IMG/VR virus record: IMGVR_UViG_3300027899_000008
Direction: 5' to 3' (one strand)
DNA length: 64,000 nucleotides
DNA from: a virus
The stretch's first letter is position 1. The number at the start of each line of letters is the position of its first letter. Position numbers and translations under genes: made by a program. Under the pieces are notes generated by a model. The model was not told where the DNA came from and searched no databases. It saw only the letters and a list, made by a program, of their open reading frames with translations. Shown here one piece after another: positions 28,545-38,297 of this stretch.

Positions 28545-28814
28545 TTATAATGCTGTTGCCATTGCAATTACGAATGCATTTGTTGCTCCACCACCTGCGG
28601 GACCAGTAGCACCAACAGATCCTGTTGCTCCATTGGTTCCATTTGTACCTGTTGCTCCTGTGGCTCCTGTAGCACCTGTTGCTCCCGCAGACCCATTGAT
28701 TCCCACCTGTGCTGATGACAATGCATTCCAAACAGTTCCATCCCATTGCCATGAGTTAGAACCACTGGTGTAGATTTGGTTGAGTGAAGGTGTATCGGGA
28801 AAATTAAGCGGCAT
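28545..28814 (-). CDS. Short collagen-like protein (MPLNFP family)
   Basis: MPLNFP head, short G-X-T tract, C-terminal AFVIAMATAL; CATAAATA at 28821-28828. Confidence 0.7.
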   Translation of the reverse strand: MPLNFPDTPSLNQIYTSGSNSWQWDGTVWNALSSAQVGINGSAGATGATGATGATGTNGTNGATGSVGATGPAGGGATNAFVIAMATAL

Positions 28815-28911
28815 TATTGTTATTTATGTTAAAATTATAGAGCAACTGTTGCAACAAAAGTATCAAGAACGATTTCGAGGTTGTAAAGTTCTGCGTATTT
28901 CATATATTAAG

Positions 28912-29379
28912 TTAAGACCCGCTTACAGCAATAGTGAATGTATCCAGAACAGCATTTGAGTCAGTTACATTGGTAACCGTAACAGTTGCTGATAAAGGAG
29001 ATCCGATCCAACTCGAACCATAATAGGATGTAAAATCTACATATTGATCCGTGGTAACTGTGAATGTTCCATTGGTATTTATCAATGTAAAACTGGGAAG
29101 GTCGCTGTAATCTGTTCCCGTGGAATCAGAACCACCACTCCCTGATTTTCGATAGTATAAAAACAACTCATTTGATCTCAAAGGCGTGTATGCCACACGC
29201 AAAGTAATTGTTTGATTGATTGCTGTTATTAGTCTTGAAGTAATGCCGATACTACCCGACATGTCGTGATAAGTAACATCTGCCCAATTCACAGCGGCAG
29301 GAGTTACATCCGAAGCAGCAGCAGCAGAAGAGTTTTTGATGAACGACACTGAAGCAAAAGATGAACTTGGAATAATCAT
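28912..29379 (-). CDS. Putative structural Ig-like protein
   Basis: 155-aa Ser/Thr-rich beta protein coupled (ATGA) to the upstream fibre gene. Confidence 0.55.
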   Translation of the reverse strand: MIIPSSSFASVSFIKNSSAAAASDVTPAAVNWADVTYHDMSGSIGITSRLITAINQTITLRVAYTPLRSNELFLYYRKSGSGGSDSTGTDYSDLPSFTLINTNGTFTVTTDQYVDFTSYYGSSWIGSPLSATVTVTNVTDSNAVLDTFTIAVSGS

Positions 29380-30332
29380 CCTGTCAATCCTCCTGCAAGA
29401 ATAAATGTATTTGTCGTATAGGAAATAATATTTGCTGCCGAATATCTATTTCCTATATTCAATTTTCCTTCGGCACTATTTATTGTAGTGCCAGATCCAG
29501 TGAATCCAACCTGACCAGCACCTAGTTGTATTACCGTTGTATTATAACCGATAGGCAATCCAGATGGAATAGTCACTGTTGTCGAGGAACCATTATTCAT
29601 GGTAATGATCTTGCCGTTGTCATTGGATAATAACGAATATGTGGTTCCCGTTTGAGCATTGATTGCACCAGATGAAATTCTATACCCACCATCAGATATG
29701 AGTGTTTCAGTAAATGTAGCACCAACGGCAGTTAATGCTCCAGTAATGGTTGTATTTCCATTTATAGTAGCACTTGAAGCAGATATACCCGATCTAAAAT
29801 TAGCAATTCCATTTACATCAAGTGTATATTGGGGAGCAGTCAGTCCAACTCCAAGTTTTACAAATGTACCAGTAAGTCCAAATTCCATCAATCCCATTGA
29901 CGATGTATAGGTTACTCCAACCAATCCGTTTGATGAGACTGGTTCGATCCATTGCGAACTTGTTCCATCATTTACATAGACATATTCCTTGCCTGTATCG
30001 GAATCTATCCAACGATCACCGATTGCTGGAGAACCTGGTGCAGATGATGCATAAGTGAATCCAGATCCACCACCGCCACCCGATGAAGAGATGGTGAATG
30101 TATTTCCACTCTGAGTGATCGTGATGTTGGATCCAGCAGTAATGCCAACAGCACCAGTTGCTCCATTGACTGAAGTTACAAGTGCATTTGGGTCAATAAG
30201 AGTGACAACGCCGCCAACGGCATTTCCAACAAATAGTTTTCTATCGGTTACATTTACCGCTAGTTCACCCGCAGAAAGACCAGCAGGAACAGATGCTGCT
30301 GTAAAAGAATTCTTTACTAAAACTTTTGCCAT
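29376..30332 (-). CDS. Tail fibre-like protein
   Basis: LSAGELAVN N-terminal module, VTSVNGATG, GDRWIDS..QWIE module, NAQTGTTYSLL..VIQLGAGQV..LAGGL C-terminal domain. Confidence 0.7.
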   Translation of the reverse strand: MAKVLVKNSFTAASVPAGLSAGELAVNVTDRKLFVGNAVGGVVTLIDPNALVTSVNGATGAVGITAGSNITITQSGNTFTISSSGGGGGSGFTYASSAPGSPAIGDRWIDSDTGKEYVYVNDGTSSQWIEPVSSNGLVGVTYTSSMGLMEFGLTGTFVKLGVGLTAPQYTLDVNGIANFRSGISASSATINGNTTITGALTAVGATFTETLISDGGYRISSGAINAQTGTTYSLLSNDNGKIITMNNGSSTTVTIPSGLPIGYNTTVIQLGAGQVGFTGSGTTINSAEGKLNIGNRYSAANIISYTTNTFILAGGLTG

Positions 30333-30335
30333 ATG

Positions 30336-30860
30336 TTACGCCGCTACTTTTTGTTTTTTAACTTTACTTTCAGTAATAGTTTTCTTCAATTCGGAATTTT
30401 CAAATTCAAGAGCAGAACATTTAATATTTAGTTCTTTACTTTCAGCAATAGTGTTCTTTAATTCCGAATTCTCAACTTCAAGAGCAGAAAACCTATTCCG
30501 TAGAATATCATATTCTCCAATAGCATTATTCTTCATCGACTCTTCTCGTACAAATCTATCATTCAGATTGGACATATTCTGTTGCAGTTGATTTAACTGA
30601 TTTACAGCATCGTTTCTGGCAGATGTATACTCGCCAATAGATTTATTGATATTCTCTATATTGAGTTTGAGGTTCTCTATTTGATTGACAAGACCTTCTA
30701 CTTTTTCATTTTCTTGATTTGCAAAAGCCTCAAAGTCCTTTACCTTGTTTTGCTCAATCAATAACTTCGCCTCAAATACAAGGTTTAGACTCAATAAGTC
30801 TTTACACTTCTTCTCTAAGAATGGCAACACGACCTTATCATTATAATTCACTTCTTCCAT
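30336..30860 (-). CDS. Coiled-coil protein
   Basis: Heptad-rich; internal duplication SALEVENSELKNTIAESK / SALEFENSELKKTITESK. Confidence 0.6.
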   Translation of the reverse strand: MEEVNYNDKVVLPFLEKKCKDLLSLNLVFEAKLLIEQNKVKDFEAFANQENEKVEGLVNQIENLKLNIENINKSIGEYTSARNDAVNQLNQLQQNMSNLNDRFVREESMKNNAIGEYDILRNRFSALEVENSELKNTIAESKELNIKCSALEFENSELKKTITESKVKKQKVAA

Positions 30861-30881
30861 TATATACCTCCATAGTATTTA

Positions 30882-32996
30882 TTAGTATGTTCCACCATCA
30901 ACAACAGCAGTGCTGGTTGATCCGAATAGATTGTTCACCGTGACTTTTCTGTTTGTGCCGTTTGCGCCGTTATCCACGATCAAGAGGTCGGTTCCCGCGA
31001 TACTTGTAGTTACCGTTCCACCATCTATATCCAATGCAGATAGAGAAACTTTATTCGCAGTAGATATGGTAGCAAGTTTAGTATCTACTATACCAGCAGA
31101 TGCATTAATATCTGCATCAAGAATGGATCCTGCCGCAATAGTAGCAGTGATATTTATATCAGCAGAACCATTGAAGTTTGCCGATCCAAATATATCACCA
31201 GTAAGACCTATCGCACGAGTAGTCGTTAGTGTAGCAGCACTACCCGAAACATTTCCCGTCAAGGATGCGGTTATTGTTCCTGCTGTGAAATTACCAGAAG
31301 CATCTCTAGCAACAATCTGAGATGCTGTATTTGCAGAGGTTGCACCAGATGTTATGATATATTGTGTGCCTTCTCCTGCTGCACCACTTATAGTAAGACC
31401 TATACCAGCAACACTAACATCTTGAGCATAATTTCCTGTGGTATCAGTTCCGAGTGCTACTGAATTAGCAGCAATCGTTGTGGTGATGCTTACATCTGCG
31501 GTTCCATCAAAACTAACAGTACCTGTAACCTCACCTGAAAGAGCAATATTCCTTGGGGTTAAGCGACCCGCTGCGTATGCAGTAAATCCTGCGGCATTTG
31601 GGTCTTGCCAAGTGTGCGCACCTAGAGCATTTCCCTTGAGAATATATCCTGTCGTGGGTTCACCACTGACGGTAACAATGGTTCCACCATAATCTCTAAA
31701 TGTATGAGTCTGAGCTCCTGCTGCACTGCCAACAACCGTATCTGTAACCGCACCATTTTGTAATACTAAACTTGCAACATGAAGATTTCCATAGGAAACT
31801 CCTGTGACAACTTCACTAGTAACCGTTGAATTCTTCTGAAATACGAATTCAGCAGCACTTGCATCCCAACCAAAGAATCCTGTGCGACCAGCAGTATCAT
31901 AATAATTAAATACAATACCACGATCTTTTCCTGCATCGGATGCTGTAATTGGTAGACCACCAGAGGTTCCAAGGACAATCAGAGGATCGTCTATGGTCAT
32001 CGTATTGCTATTGACGGTGGTGCTAGTTCCGTTGATTGTCAGATTGCCAGTAACAACCAAATTACCACCAATCGTGCCATCATTAGTGGTTGTGATTGAG
32101 GTGAAACTTGGAGTAGCAGTTACCGCAATAGTAACTGCTCCTGTAGCACCAGAAACTGTTATTTGGTTTCCTGCAATCGCAGATTGAACACCAGTATTCG
32201 TAAAGGTAACAGCTCCCGTAGACGCTGATACAGAAATTCCTGTTCCTGCAACCGCTGATGTAACCGCACTATTGAGAAGTGTTCCTGTAGTAGCTGGCAG
32301 AGTATGAACTAAATTTCCAGTCTGTGTAGCCTGGGGTTTAATATCATTGTTATATGCAGTGACATCTCCATCATATCCCTTTAGTCTGAGAGTACCATTG
32401 ACAGCACCTAACGTACTTGGAGTAATGCTGAATAATGCTGTTGCATTCTGAACGGTTGTAGTAGTTGAATTGAGATAAGTATTGGTTCCCGATAAAGTAA
32501 TATCTCCAATATTAGCATTGAAGGCTGCTACACCAGCAACATTTAAAGTAGAAGCAGTAATACCTGCATTCATCACTTGTTTGACGCTATAGGTATTGCC
32601 TTCGTTTATACGAGCAACATTGGTCACCGCACCAGTAACACCATTTAGGGATTGAACGCCTGTGTTCGTTAGGGTTATTCCACCACTGGCAGCAGCAACG
32701 GAGATACCAGAACCACCATAAATACTAACCGCACCAGTAAGACCATTGACGGAAGATACGGAACCTCCTGCGATATTATTATCAATATAGGTCTTTACTG
32801 CTTTTTGGGTTGGAATCTTATTATCACTAGTACCTAAAGTAACGGTGGTGTCAATTTCTGCACCAACTCGCAATGATGTTCCATCATTCTTTGCGACATA
32901 TAATGAATTTAACCCATCAACAAATGCTGGTTCGCCGAAGGTAAGACCTGTGGGTGCTGTGCCTGATGTAGATCGTTTAATGCGAATTGTTGACAT
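30882..32996 (-). CDS. Tail fibre-like protein (704 aa)
   Basis: IRIKRS..LTFGEPA N-terminal module, DNKIPTQKAVK, IDDPLI..DRGIVFNY, R.IALSG.VTG..FDG repeats, C-terminal DGGTY. Confidence 0.75.
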   Translation of the reverse strand: MSTIRIKRSTSGTAPTGLTFGEPAFVDGLNSLYVAKNDGTSLRVGAEIDTTVTLGTSDNKIPTQKAVKTYIDNNIAGGSVSSVNGLTGAVSIYGGSGISVAAASGGITLTNTGVQSLNGVTGAVTNVARINEGNTYSVKQVMNAGITASTLNVAGVAAFNANIGDITLSGTNTYLNSTTTTVQNATALFSITPSTLGAVNGTLRLKGYDGDVTAYNNDIKPQATQTGNLVHTLPATTGTLLNSAVTSAVAGTGISVSASTGAVTFTNTGVQSAIAGNQITVSGATGAVTIAVTATPSFTSITTTNDGTIGGNLVVTGNLTINGTSTTVNSNTMTIDDPLIVLGTSGGLPITASDAGKDRGIVFNYYDTAGRTGFFGWDASAAEFVFQKNSTVTSEVVTGVSYGNLHVASLVLQNGAVTDTVVGSAAGAQTHTFRDYGGTIVTVSGEPTTGYILKGNALGAHTWQDPNAAGFTAYAAGRLTPRNIALSGEVTGTVSFDGTADVSITTTIAANSVALGTDTTGNYAQDVSVAGIGLTISGAAGEGTQYIITSGATSANTASQIVARDASGNFTAGTITASLTGNVSGSAATLTTTRAIGLTGDIFGSANFNGSADINITATIAAGSILDADINASAGIVDTKLATISTANKVSLSALDIDGGTVTTSIAGTDLLIVDNGANGTNRKVTVNNLFGSTSTAVVDGGTY

Positions 32997-32997
32997 A

Positions 32998-33318
32998 TTA
33001 GAAAGTCCCTCCGTCTATGTATATGGAACCGAACATTTGAATATCTCCTCCAACATTTAAATTTTCAGAAATTGTTACATTGTTGGGAAGACCAATAACA
33101 ATATTGGGACATATACTTGTTACTTCTATTTCTCCCGTTGTTCCTGTGATTCCGAGTATTCCAGTACAACCATTCAATGAAGTTACATTACCTGTAGAAC
33201 CAACAATAAAATTGGTACTACCCAATGAAGACCAATACGATCCACTCCATATCCACGATTTGGTATCGTAGGAGTAGATTTCATTTGTAGCAGGACTATT
33301 TGGAAAATTAATTGGCAT
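32998..33318 (-). CDS. Small structural protein (MPINFP family; short paralog of 38298-39269)
   Basis: MPINFP head, VTSLNGCTG..ICPN..GLP, C-terminal DGGTF; GATAAATA at 33323-33330. Confidence 0.6.
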   Translation of the reverse strand: MPINFPNSPATNEIYSYDTKSWIWSGSYWSSLGSTNFIVGSTGNVTSLNGCTGILGITGTTGEIEVTSICPNIVIGLPNNVTISENLNVGGDIQMFGSIYIDGGTF

Positions 33319-33336
33319 TTAGTATTTATCTGCAAA

Positions 33337-33639
33337 TTAAATATCAGTTGCCCCAACAAACTCTCCATCAGCAATTGATTTGGCAAACAGATAGGCAGAT
33401 TTTACCTCGTTCATTCCCGCAGCATCAATGATAGCAGGAGCAAACCATGTATCAAAATCAACCACGGGAATGGTTCGTTCATCAAGAGGAATCTTGTTGT
33501 CTATTCTTGCTTGTTCAGAAACATATCCATCCAAAAGAACTGTACCTGTCTTGGCAGTATGATTCAGAGTCAGAGTACGAATCTTCCAATATTGCGAATA
33601 GGTTCCTGTTGGATGTTGAATAATTTGTTGTAGTGCCAT
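33337..33639 (-). CDS. Small tail-associated protein (paralog of 24702-25013)
   Basis: Same motif pattern as 24702-25013. Confidence 0.6.
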   Translation of the reverse strand: MALQQIIQHPTGTYSQYWKIRTLTLNHTAKTGTVLLDGYVSEQARIDNKIPLDERTIPVVDFDTWFAPAIIDAAGMNEVKSAYLFAKSIADGEFVGATDI

Positions 33640-33959
33640 TAGGTTGACTCCAATACTGATACGATGATATCAAGTCCCGCAGTCAATCCTGCTGTAACTT
33701 TGAGTGTGTCTCCTGTTACGAGTGGAATTGGTGCATCAAGTGCTTGGTAGGTTGCTTGAATTGGAACTGCTGCTGCACGAACAATGTAATATCCTGTTGC
33801 TCCCTTGAACAACTGAACAGATACACTATTGGCTAATGTGGTGTTGCTGTTGGCAACATGAATAGCATTCACTATTGCAGTTCCTGTGATTCCTGCATAG
33901 ATTACGGTGGCTGCTGTGACACCGACTGAAGTTGCGTAATTTTTGTATGTGTCTGGCAT
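33639..33959 (-). CDS. Small virion Ig-like adaptor protein
   Basis: IHVAN..VSVQL..L.TGDTLKV..VSVLE pattern; CATAAATA at 33975-33982. Confidence 0.6.
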   Translation of the reverse strand: MPDTYKNYATSVGVTAATVIYAGITGTAIVNAIHVANSNTTLANSVSVQLFKGATGYYIVRAAAVPIQATYQALDAPIPLVTGDTLKVTAGLTAGLDIIVSVLEST

Positions 33960-33983
33960 TAGTATTTCCTTTAATATTTATGC

Positions 33984-34859
33984 TTATGGTGCGGAGGATT
34001 TGTACGGGTGATCGTTGGGAAGATTTGCTTGCAGTCCCCATTTGTGTGCAAGATAACCTTCTGTTCTTTGACGAGTATCTGTTGATACAGTTCCGTCAAT
34101 TACAATCAATTCATATAGATCCATGTTTCCCGCTTCCGTATTTATTGTATTTGCACCCACAGTCCAAACAGATTCCGTGTTTGCCCCAGTATAAACAGAT
34201 ACTAAGTGTGCAACAGTATTCTTTGTTGTTCCATTCGTATAACCAACAACAGAACCACCTGTTCTTATACAAGATATAAACAAATTTGCATTTTGGGTGT
34301 AATTATCAGAGTCTAAGTCAATGGCTCCATTGTTCCATAAACCCCAAGGAGCAAGATATGCAGCAATAGATTGACTTCCAAACAACAATTCAAAGTTTCC
34401 CGCGCTATAGTTTGCTAAAATTGTTCCGTAACCACTTGCTAATTTTGGTTTGTATGCAGCAAAAATACCAAAGTTTGAATTTCCGCTTGTAATCACAGTT
34501 GTGCTTGAAATATCTAGGTTGTCATTTGAACCATCAAATGAGATGATACCATAGCCATTTTGACTATTTGAAGTGTATGTTGGTTGTTGTAGTGCTGTTC
34601 CTTGAGTAGCATTTCTACCGTTTCCGCTCTTGTCGTTCCATTGAGAAACGGTAGTGCTATTAAGAGTGATTGTTGATGCATCTCCTGCATCCAACCAAAG
34701 GGATGTTGTGATTTGTGCAGGTGTCCATGCACCACCAACAGCAACAAACACTCCCAAATCTCTCTCTATGAAATGCTTCAGACTAGGAATGGTTCCTGCC
34801 GCTGTACGGCGTTGATCTGTGGTTCCACAGTATCCTGAATTGAGTCGCCATCTTCTCAT
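33984..34859 (-). CDS. LamG/ConA-like lectin-domain virion protein
   Basis: [34 protein letters not shown]; start at 34859 by ATGA overlap. Confidence 0.75.
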   Translation of the reverse strand: MRRWRLNSGYCGTTDQRRTAAGTIPSLKHFIERDLGVFVAVGGAWTPAQITTSLWLDAGDASTITLNSTTVSQWNDKSGNGRNATQGTALQQPTYTSNSQNGYGIISFDGSNDNLDISSTTVITSGNSNFGIFAAYKPKLASGYGTILANYSAGNFELLFGSQSIAAYLAPWGLWNNGAIDLDSDNYTQNANLFISCIRTGGSVVGYTNGTTKNTVAHLVSVYTGANTESVWTVGANTINTEAGNMDLYELIVIDGTVSTDTRQRTEGYLAHKWGLQANLPNDHPYKSSAP

Positions 34860-37792
34860 GATAAGAACCACCCTCTCTTGAAATCTACAATTGATTCAAC
34901 TGCACCTGTTGCTCCGTTGATGGAGACGACATAATCACCAACTGGTCCTGTTGCTCCTGTGACACCTTGAGAACCTGTAGCACCTGTTACTCCTGTGTTA
35001 CCTTGAGATCCAGTTGGACCTGTAACACCTTGAATGCCTTGAGAACCTGTGGCTCCTGTTGCACCATTTATTCCATTAGCACTAGTTGCCCCCATTGCTC
35101 CAGCATTCAACTCCACCCATATTACCCCCGAATCATCTGTAATAGCAGTATACAATCCACCGTTTGTTGTATTAAACCACATATCTCCTTTGATAGGCGT
35201 AGACGGAGCAGTTATTCCTTCAGAAAAATTAGCACCAACAATAAGTACTACATCTCCAGTTAATCCATTGACTGAAGTTACTGCTGTTATGTTACCTGTT
35301 AGACCATTTATACTCTTAACCACATTTTTGGTGATTTGGTCTTCTACATTGGTAACGGTAGAACTATATTGCCCACCATTAGAGGTATCGTAAAATGTGA
35401 ATTTTAAGGATGCTCCTAGTGTAGATGGAACATCTGTTGGTATTGAAGCTGGTCTGAGTGTATTAAGAAAATTACCAACAGTAATCAATTCATGTACTGA
35501 GTTTGGTTTTCTCTCTACCAGTATCTTATCACTTTCAGATACACTCGTAGTGGTTCCTAATGTTATTCCAGTATATCCAGCAGAGGAATAATCAATTCTA
35601 AATGTATGAGTTATTCCACTCAACGCATAAGATATTCCTGGTCCTCCATACAGATTCTGTATACCAGTTGCACCTCTGTCTCCAGTTGGTCCAGTATTTC
35701 CTGTTGGACCTATTGGACCTGGAACGAAAGAGTCAGCACCAGTTGCTCCAGTTGCACCTGTAGGACCTTGTGGTCCAGCGGAACCTACACCAATGGTAGT
35801 CTTTACATAAGAAACATCTTGTCCCTCATATGAGGTAACAACATCAAAACTCGTAGAACCGCTTACTCTAGCAGCATAAACTTTAAAAACTAATCTATCT
35901 GTTGTTAAAAACGAGAAAGCAGAAGCATATACAACAGTCCATCTAATTTCTGCTTTGGTTTCATTAGAAAAGTTTTCAGAATACCCACTTCGTAGTAAGG
36001 TTTCTGTTCCTGCAAGATCCCTTTTCCACAATTCAAAATTTAATCTTGCAACACCATTATTAGCAGTTTGATATGCATGAATGAGTCTCTCTGCAATGCC
36101 TGTAGGAAGAGATCCTACTCCTGGTTCGCCCACATCAGTTATGAAGGATGCAATAAAAACATCACTAGTGCCAGTGACACTAGTAGTAATACTTGTAATT
36201 GCATTAGGTGATGGAGATGTAACTGCTTTTTTGTATCCTACAACATCAGCAGTTACTCCTGCCCAAAGATAATAGATTCTACCAGCATTTCCACCTGCGA
36301 TTCCTTGAGGACCTGTAGCACCTGTTGCTCCAGTATTACCCTGAATTCCTTGAGAACCAGTAGCACCTGTTGGTCCTATTGGACCTGGAACAAACGAGTC
36401 AGCACCAGTTGCGCCAGTGGAACCAGTATTACCTTGAGAACCAGTAGCACCTGTTGGTCCTATTGGACCTGGAACAAACGAGTCAGCACCTGTTGCACCT
36501 GTGTTACCTTGAATACCTTGAGAACCAGTAGCACCTGTTGCTCCAGTATTACCCTGAATTCCTTGAGAACCAGTAGCACCTGTTGGTCCTATTGGACCTG
36601 GAACAAACGAGTCAGCACCTGTGTTACCTTGAATACCTTGAGAACCAGTAGCACCTGTGTTTCCTGTTGCACCTTGAGAACCAGTAGCACCTGTTGGTCC
36701 TATTGGACCTGGAACAAACGAGTCAGCACCTGTTGCACCTGTGTTACCTTGAATACCTTGAGAACCAGTAGCACCTGTGTTTCCTGTTGCACCTTGAGAA
36801 CCAGTTGCACCAGTTGCTCCTGTATATCCTGTTGCTCCAGTATTACCCTGAATTCCTTGAGAACCAGTTGCACCAGTTGCTCCTGTATATCCTGTTGCTC
36901 CAGTATTACCCTGAATTCCTTGAGAACCAGTAGCACCTGTTGGTCCTATTGGACCTGGAACAAACGAGTCAGCACCAGTTGCGCCAGTGGAACCAGTATT
37001 ACCTTGAGAACCAGTAGCACCCGTAACACCTTGAATGCCTTGATATCCTGTTGCGCCAGTATTACCCTGAATTCCTTGAGAACCAGTAGCACCTGTTGAA
37101 CCTATTGGTCCTTGAACGAAAGAGTCAGCACCTGTTGCGCCTGTGTTACCTTGAATACCTTGAGAACCAGTAGCACCTGTTGAACCTATTGGTCCTTGAA
37201 CGAAAGAGTCAGCACCTGTTGCGCCTGTGTTACCTTGAATACCTTGAGAACCAGTAGCACCTGTTGGACCTATTGGTCCTTGAATGAAAGAGTCAGCACC
37301 AGTTGCGCCAGTGGAACCTCTAGGTCCAGTAGCACCTGTTGAACCTATTGGTCCTTGAACAAAAGAGTCAGCACCTGTTGCGCCTGTGTTACCTTGAATA
37401 CCTTGGGAACCAGTAGCACCTGTTACACCGATTGGTCCTTGAACGAAAGAGTCAGCACCAGTTGGTCCTGTTGGTCCAGTGAAACCTCTAGGTCCAGTGG
37501 AACCTGTTGGTCCTGTTGGTCCCCGAACTGAGGAATCTGCACCTGTTGGACCAGCTGGACCTATAATTCCCTGTGGTCCTTGACCACCCATAGAAGTAAC
37601 ATATAATATAGTGGAAGATGTTACCTTTTCAACAAGAGTATTTGTTGTTGTATTTGGAATTATATTAATATCAAATTCATCTTGATTAGCAACAATAATG
37701 TTAGAAACATTCGCTTGATTTATAGCGATAGAAGAGTTAGTTCCACCAAATGTGGTAATAACCAATACAGCTAAATCGTTTGGCGTTTCCAT
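34856..37792 (-). CDS. Collagen-like fibre protein (978 aa)
   Basis: Long G-X-Y tract rich in GAT/GPT/GNT/GSQ/GIQ with periodic GADSFVP interruptions; globular insert; C-terminal fibre modules. Confidence 0.9.
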   Translation of the reverse strand: METPNDLAVLVITTFGGTNSSIAINQANVSNIIVANQDEFDINIIPNTTTNTLVEKVTSSTILYVTSMGGQGPQGIIGPAGPTGADSSVRGPTGPTGSTGPRGFTGPTGPTGADSFVQGPIGVTGATGSQGIQGNTGATGADSFVQGPIGSTGATGPRGSTGATGADSFIQGPIGPTGATGSQGIQGNTGATGADSFVQGPIGSTGATGSQGIQGNTGATGADSFVQGPIGSTGATGSQGIQGNTGATGYQGIQGVTGATGSQGNTGSTGATGADSFVPGPIGPTGATGSQGIQGNTGATGYTGATGATGSQGIQGNTGATGYTGATGATGSQGATGNTGATGSQGIQGNTGATGADSFVPGPIGPTGATGSQGATGNTGATGSQGIQGNTGADSFVPGPIGPTGATGSQGIQGNTGATGATGSQGIQGNTGATGADSFVPGPIGPTGATGSQGNTGSTGATGADSFVPGPIGPTGATGSQGIQGNTGATGATGPQGIAGGNAGRIYYLWAGVTADVVGYKKAVTSPSPNAITSITTSVTGTSDVFIASFITDVGEPGVGSLPTGIAERLIHAYQTANNGVARLNFELWKRDLAGTETLLRSGYSENFSNETKAEIRWTVVYASAFSFLTTDRLVFKVYAARVSGSTSFDVVTSYEGQDVSYVKTTIGVGSAGPQGPTGATGATGADSFVPGPIGPTGNTGPTGDRGATGIQNLYGGPGISYALSGITHTFRIDYSSAGYTGITLGTTTSVSESDKILVERKPNSVHELITVGNFLNTLRPASIPTDVPSTLGASLKFTFYDTSNGGQYSSTVTNVEDQITKNVVKSINGLTGNITAVTSVNGLTGDVVLIVGANFSEGITAPSTPIKGDMWFNTTNGGLYTAITDDSGVIWVELNAGAMGATSANGINGATGATGSQGIQGVTGPTGSQGNTGVTGATGSQGVTGATGPVGDYVVSINGATGAVESIVDFKRGWFLS
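36290..37590. repeat. Collagen-coding tandem repeat array (approximate bounds)
   Basis: Near-identical nucleotide units such as gaaccagtagcacctgttggtcctattggacctggaacaaacgagtcagcacc. Confidence 0.85.
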
Positions 37793-37798
37793 ATAATA

Positions 37799-38236
37799 TT
37801 ATGTTCTTGTTATTTCGCGAGAAATTTCAAAAGAGCCTTCAATGAGTCTCAGCACTTCGTTGGTAGCAATATTTTTAAGTTCAAGATCGTAGAAATGCTT
37901 ACCCGTTGGAGTATTTTTCATTGTGACATAATCCACTCTCAATAATATTCCACCAGTATATCCTGTAGCGCCAGATGGAGATGTATTAAAACTAATACCA
38001 CCTACACCATTGACTCCATTGATACCAGGAATAAAATCACCTGTCAGACCACCACCAGTTACTCCGTTTTTGGTCAGATACAATATCGTGGAAGTATCCT
38101 TTGAGGATTTGCGAACTTGCATTTCTCCACCAAAGTTTGATAAATCTATACCAGTTGCACCCTTGTATTTGTAATCCAGATGTAATTTGAAAGTTGTTCC
38201 TTGTTCGGCATAAATATCGTATCTTGCTGCTGGCAT
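37799..38236 (-). CDS. Virion fibre-anchoring Ig-like protein
   Basis: YDIYAEQGTTF..IDLS....MQVR..YDLEL..RLIEG.F....EIT pattern; CATAAATA at 38260-38267. Confidence 0.65.
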   Translation of the reverse strand: MPAARYDIYAEQGTTFKLHLDYKYKGATGIDLSNFGGEMQVRKSSKDTSTILYLTKNGVTGGGLTGDFIPGINGVNGVGGISFNTSPSGATGYTGGILLRVDYVTMKNTPTGKHFYDLELKNIATNEVLRLIEGSFEISREITRT

Positions 38237-38297
38237 TTATATCTCCTATTTTTCTATTGTATTTATGATAAAGAAAAAAATTATATAAATGTCAGAG

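Noticed and set aside
36305-37099. 264-aa + strand ORF with CWSYWTW repeats; the array looks superficially CRISPR-like
   Set aside because: Antisense shadow of the collagen gene; repeats keep codon phase, have no unique spacers and no cas genes are present.
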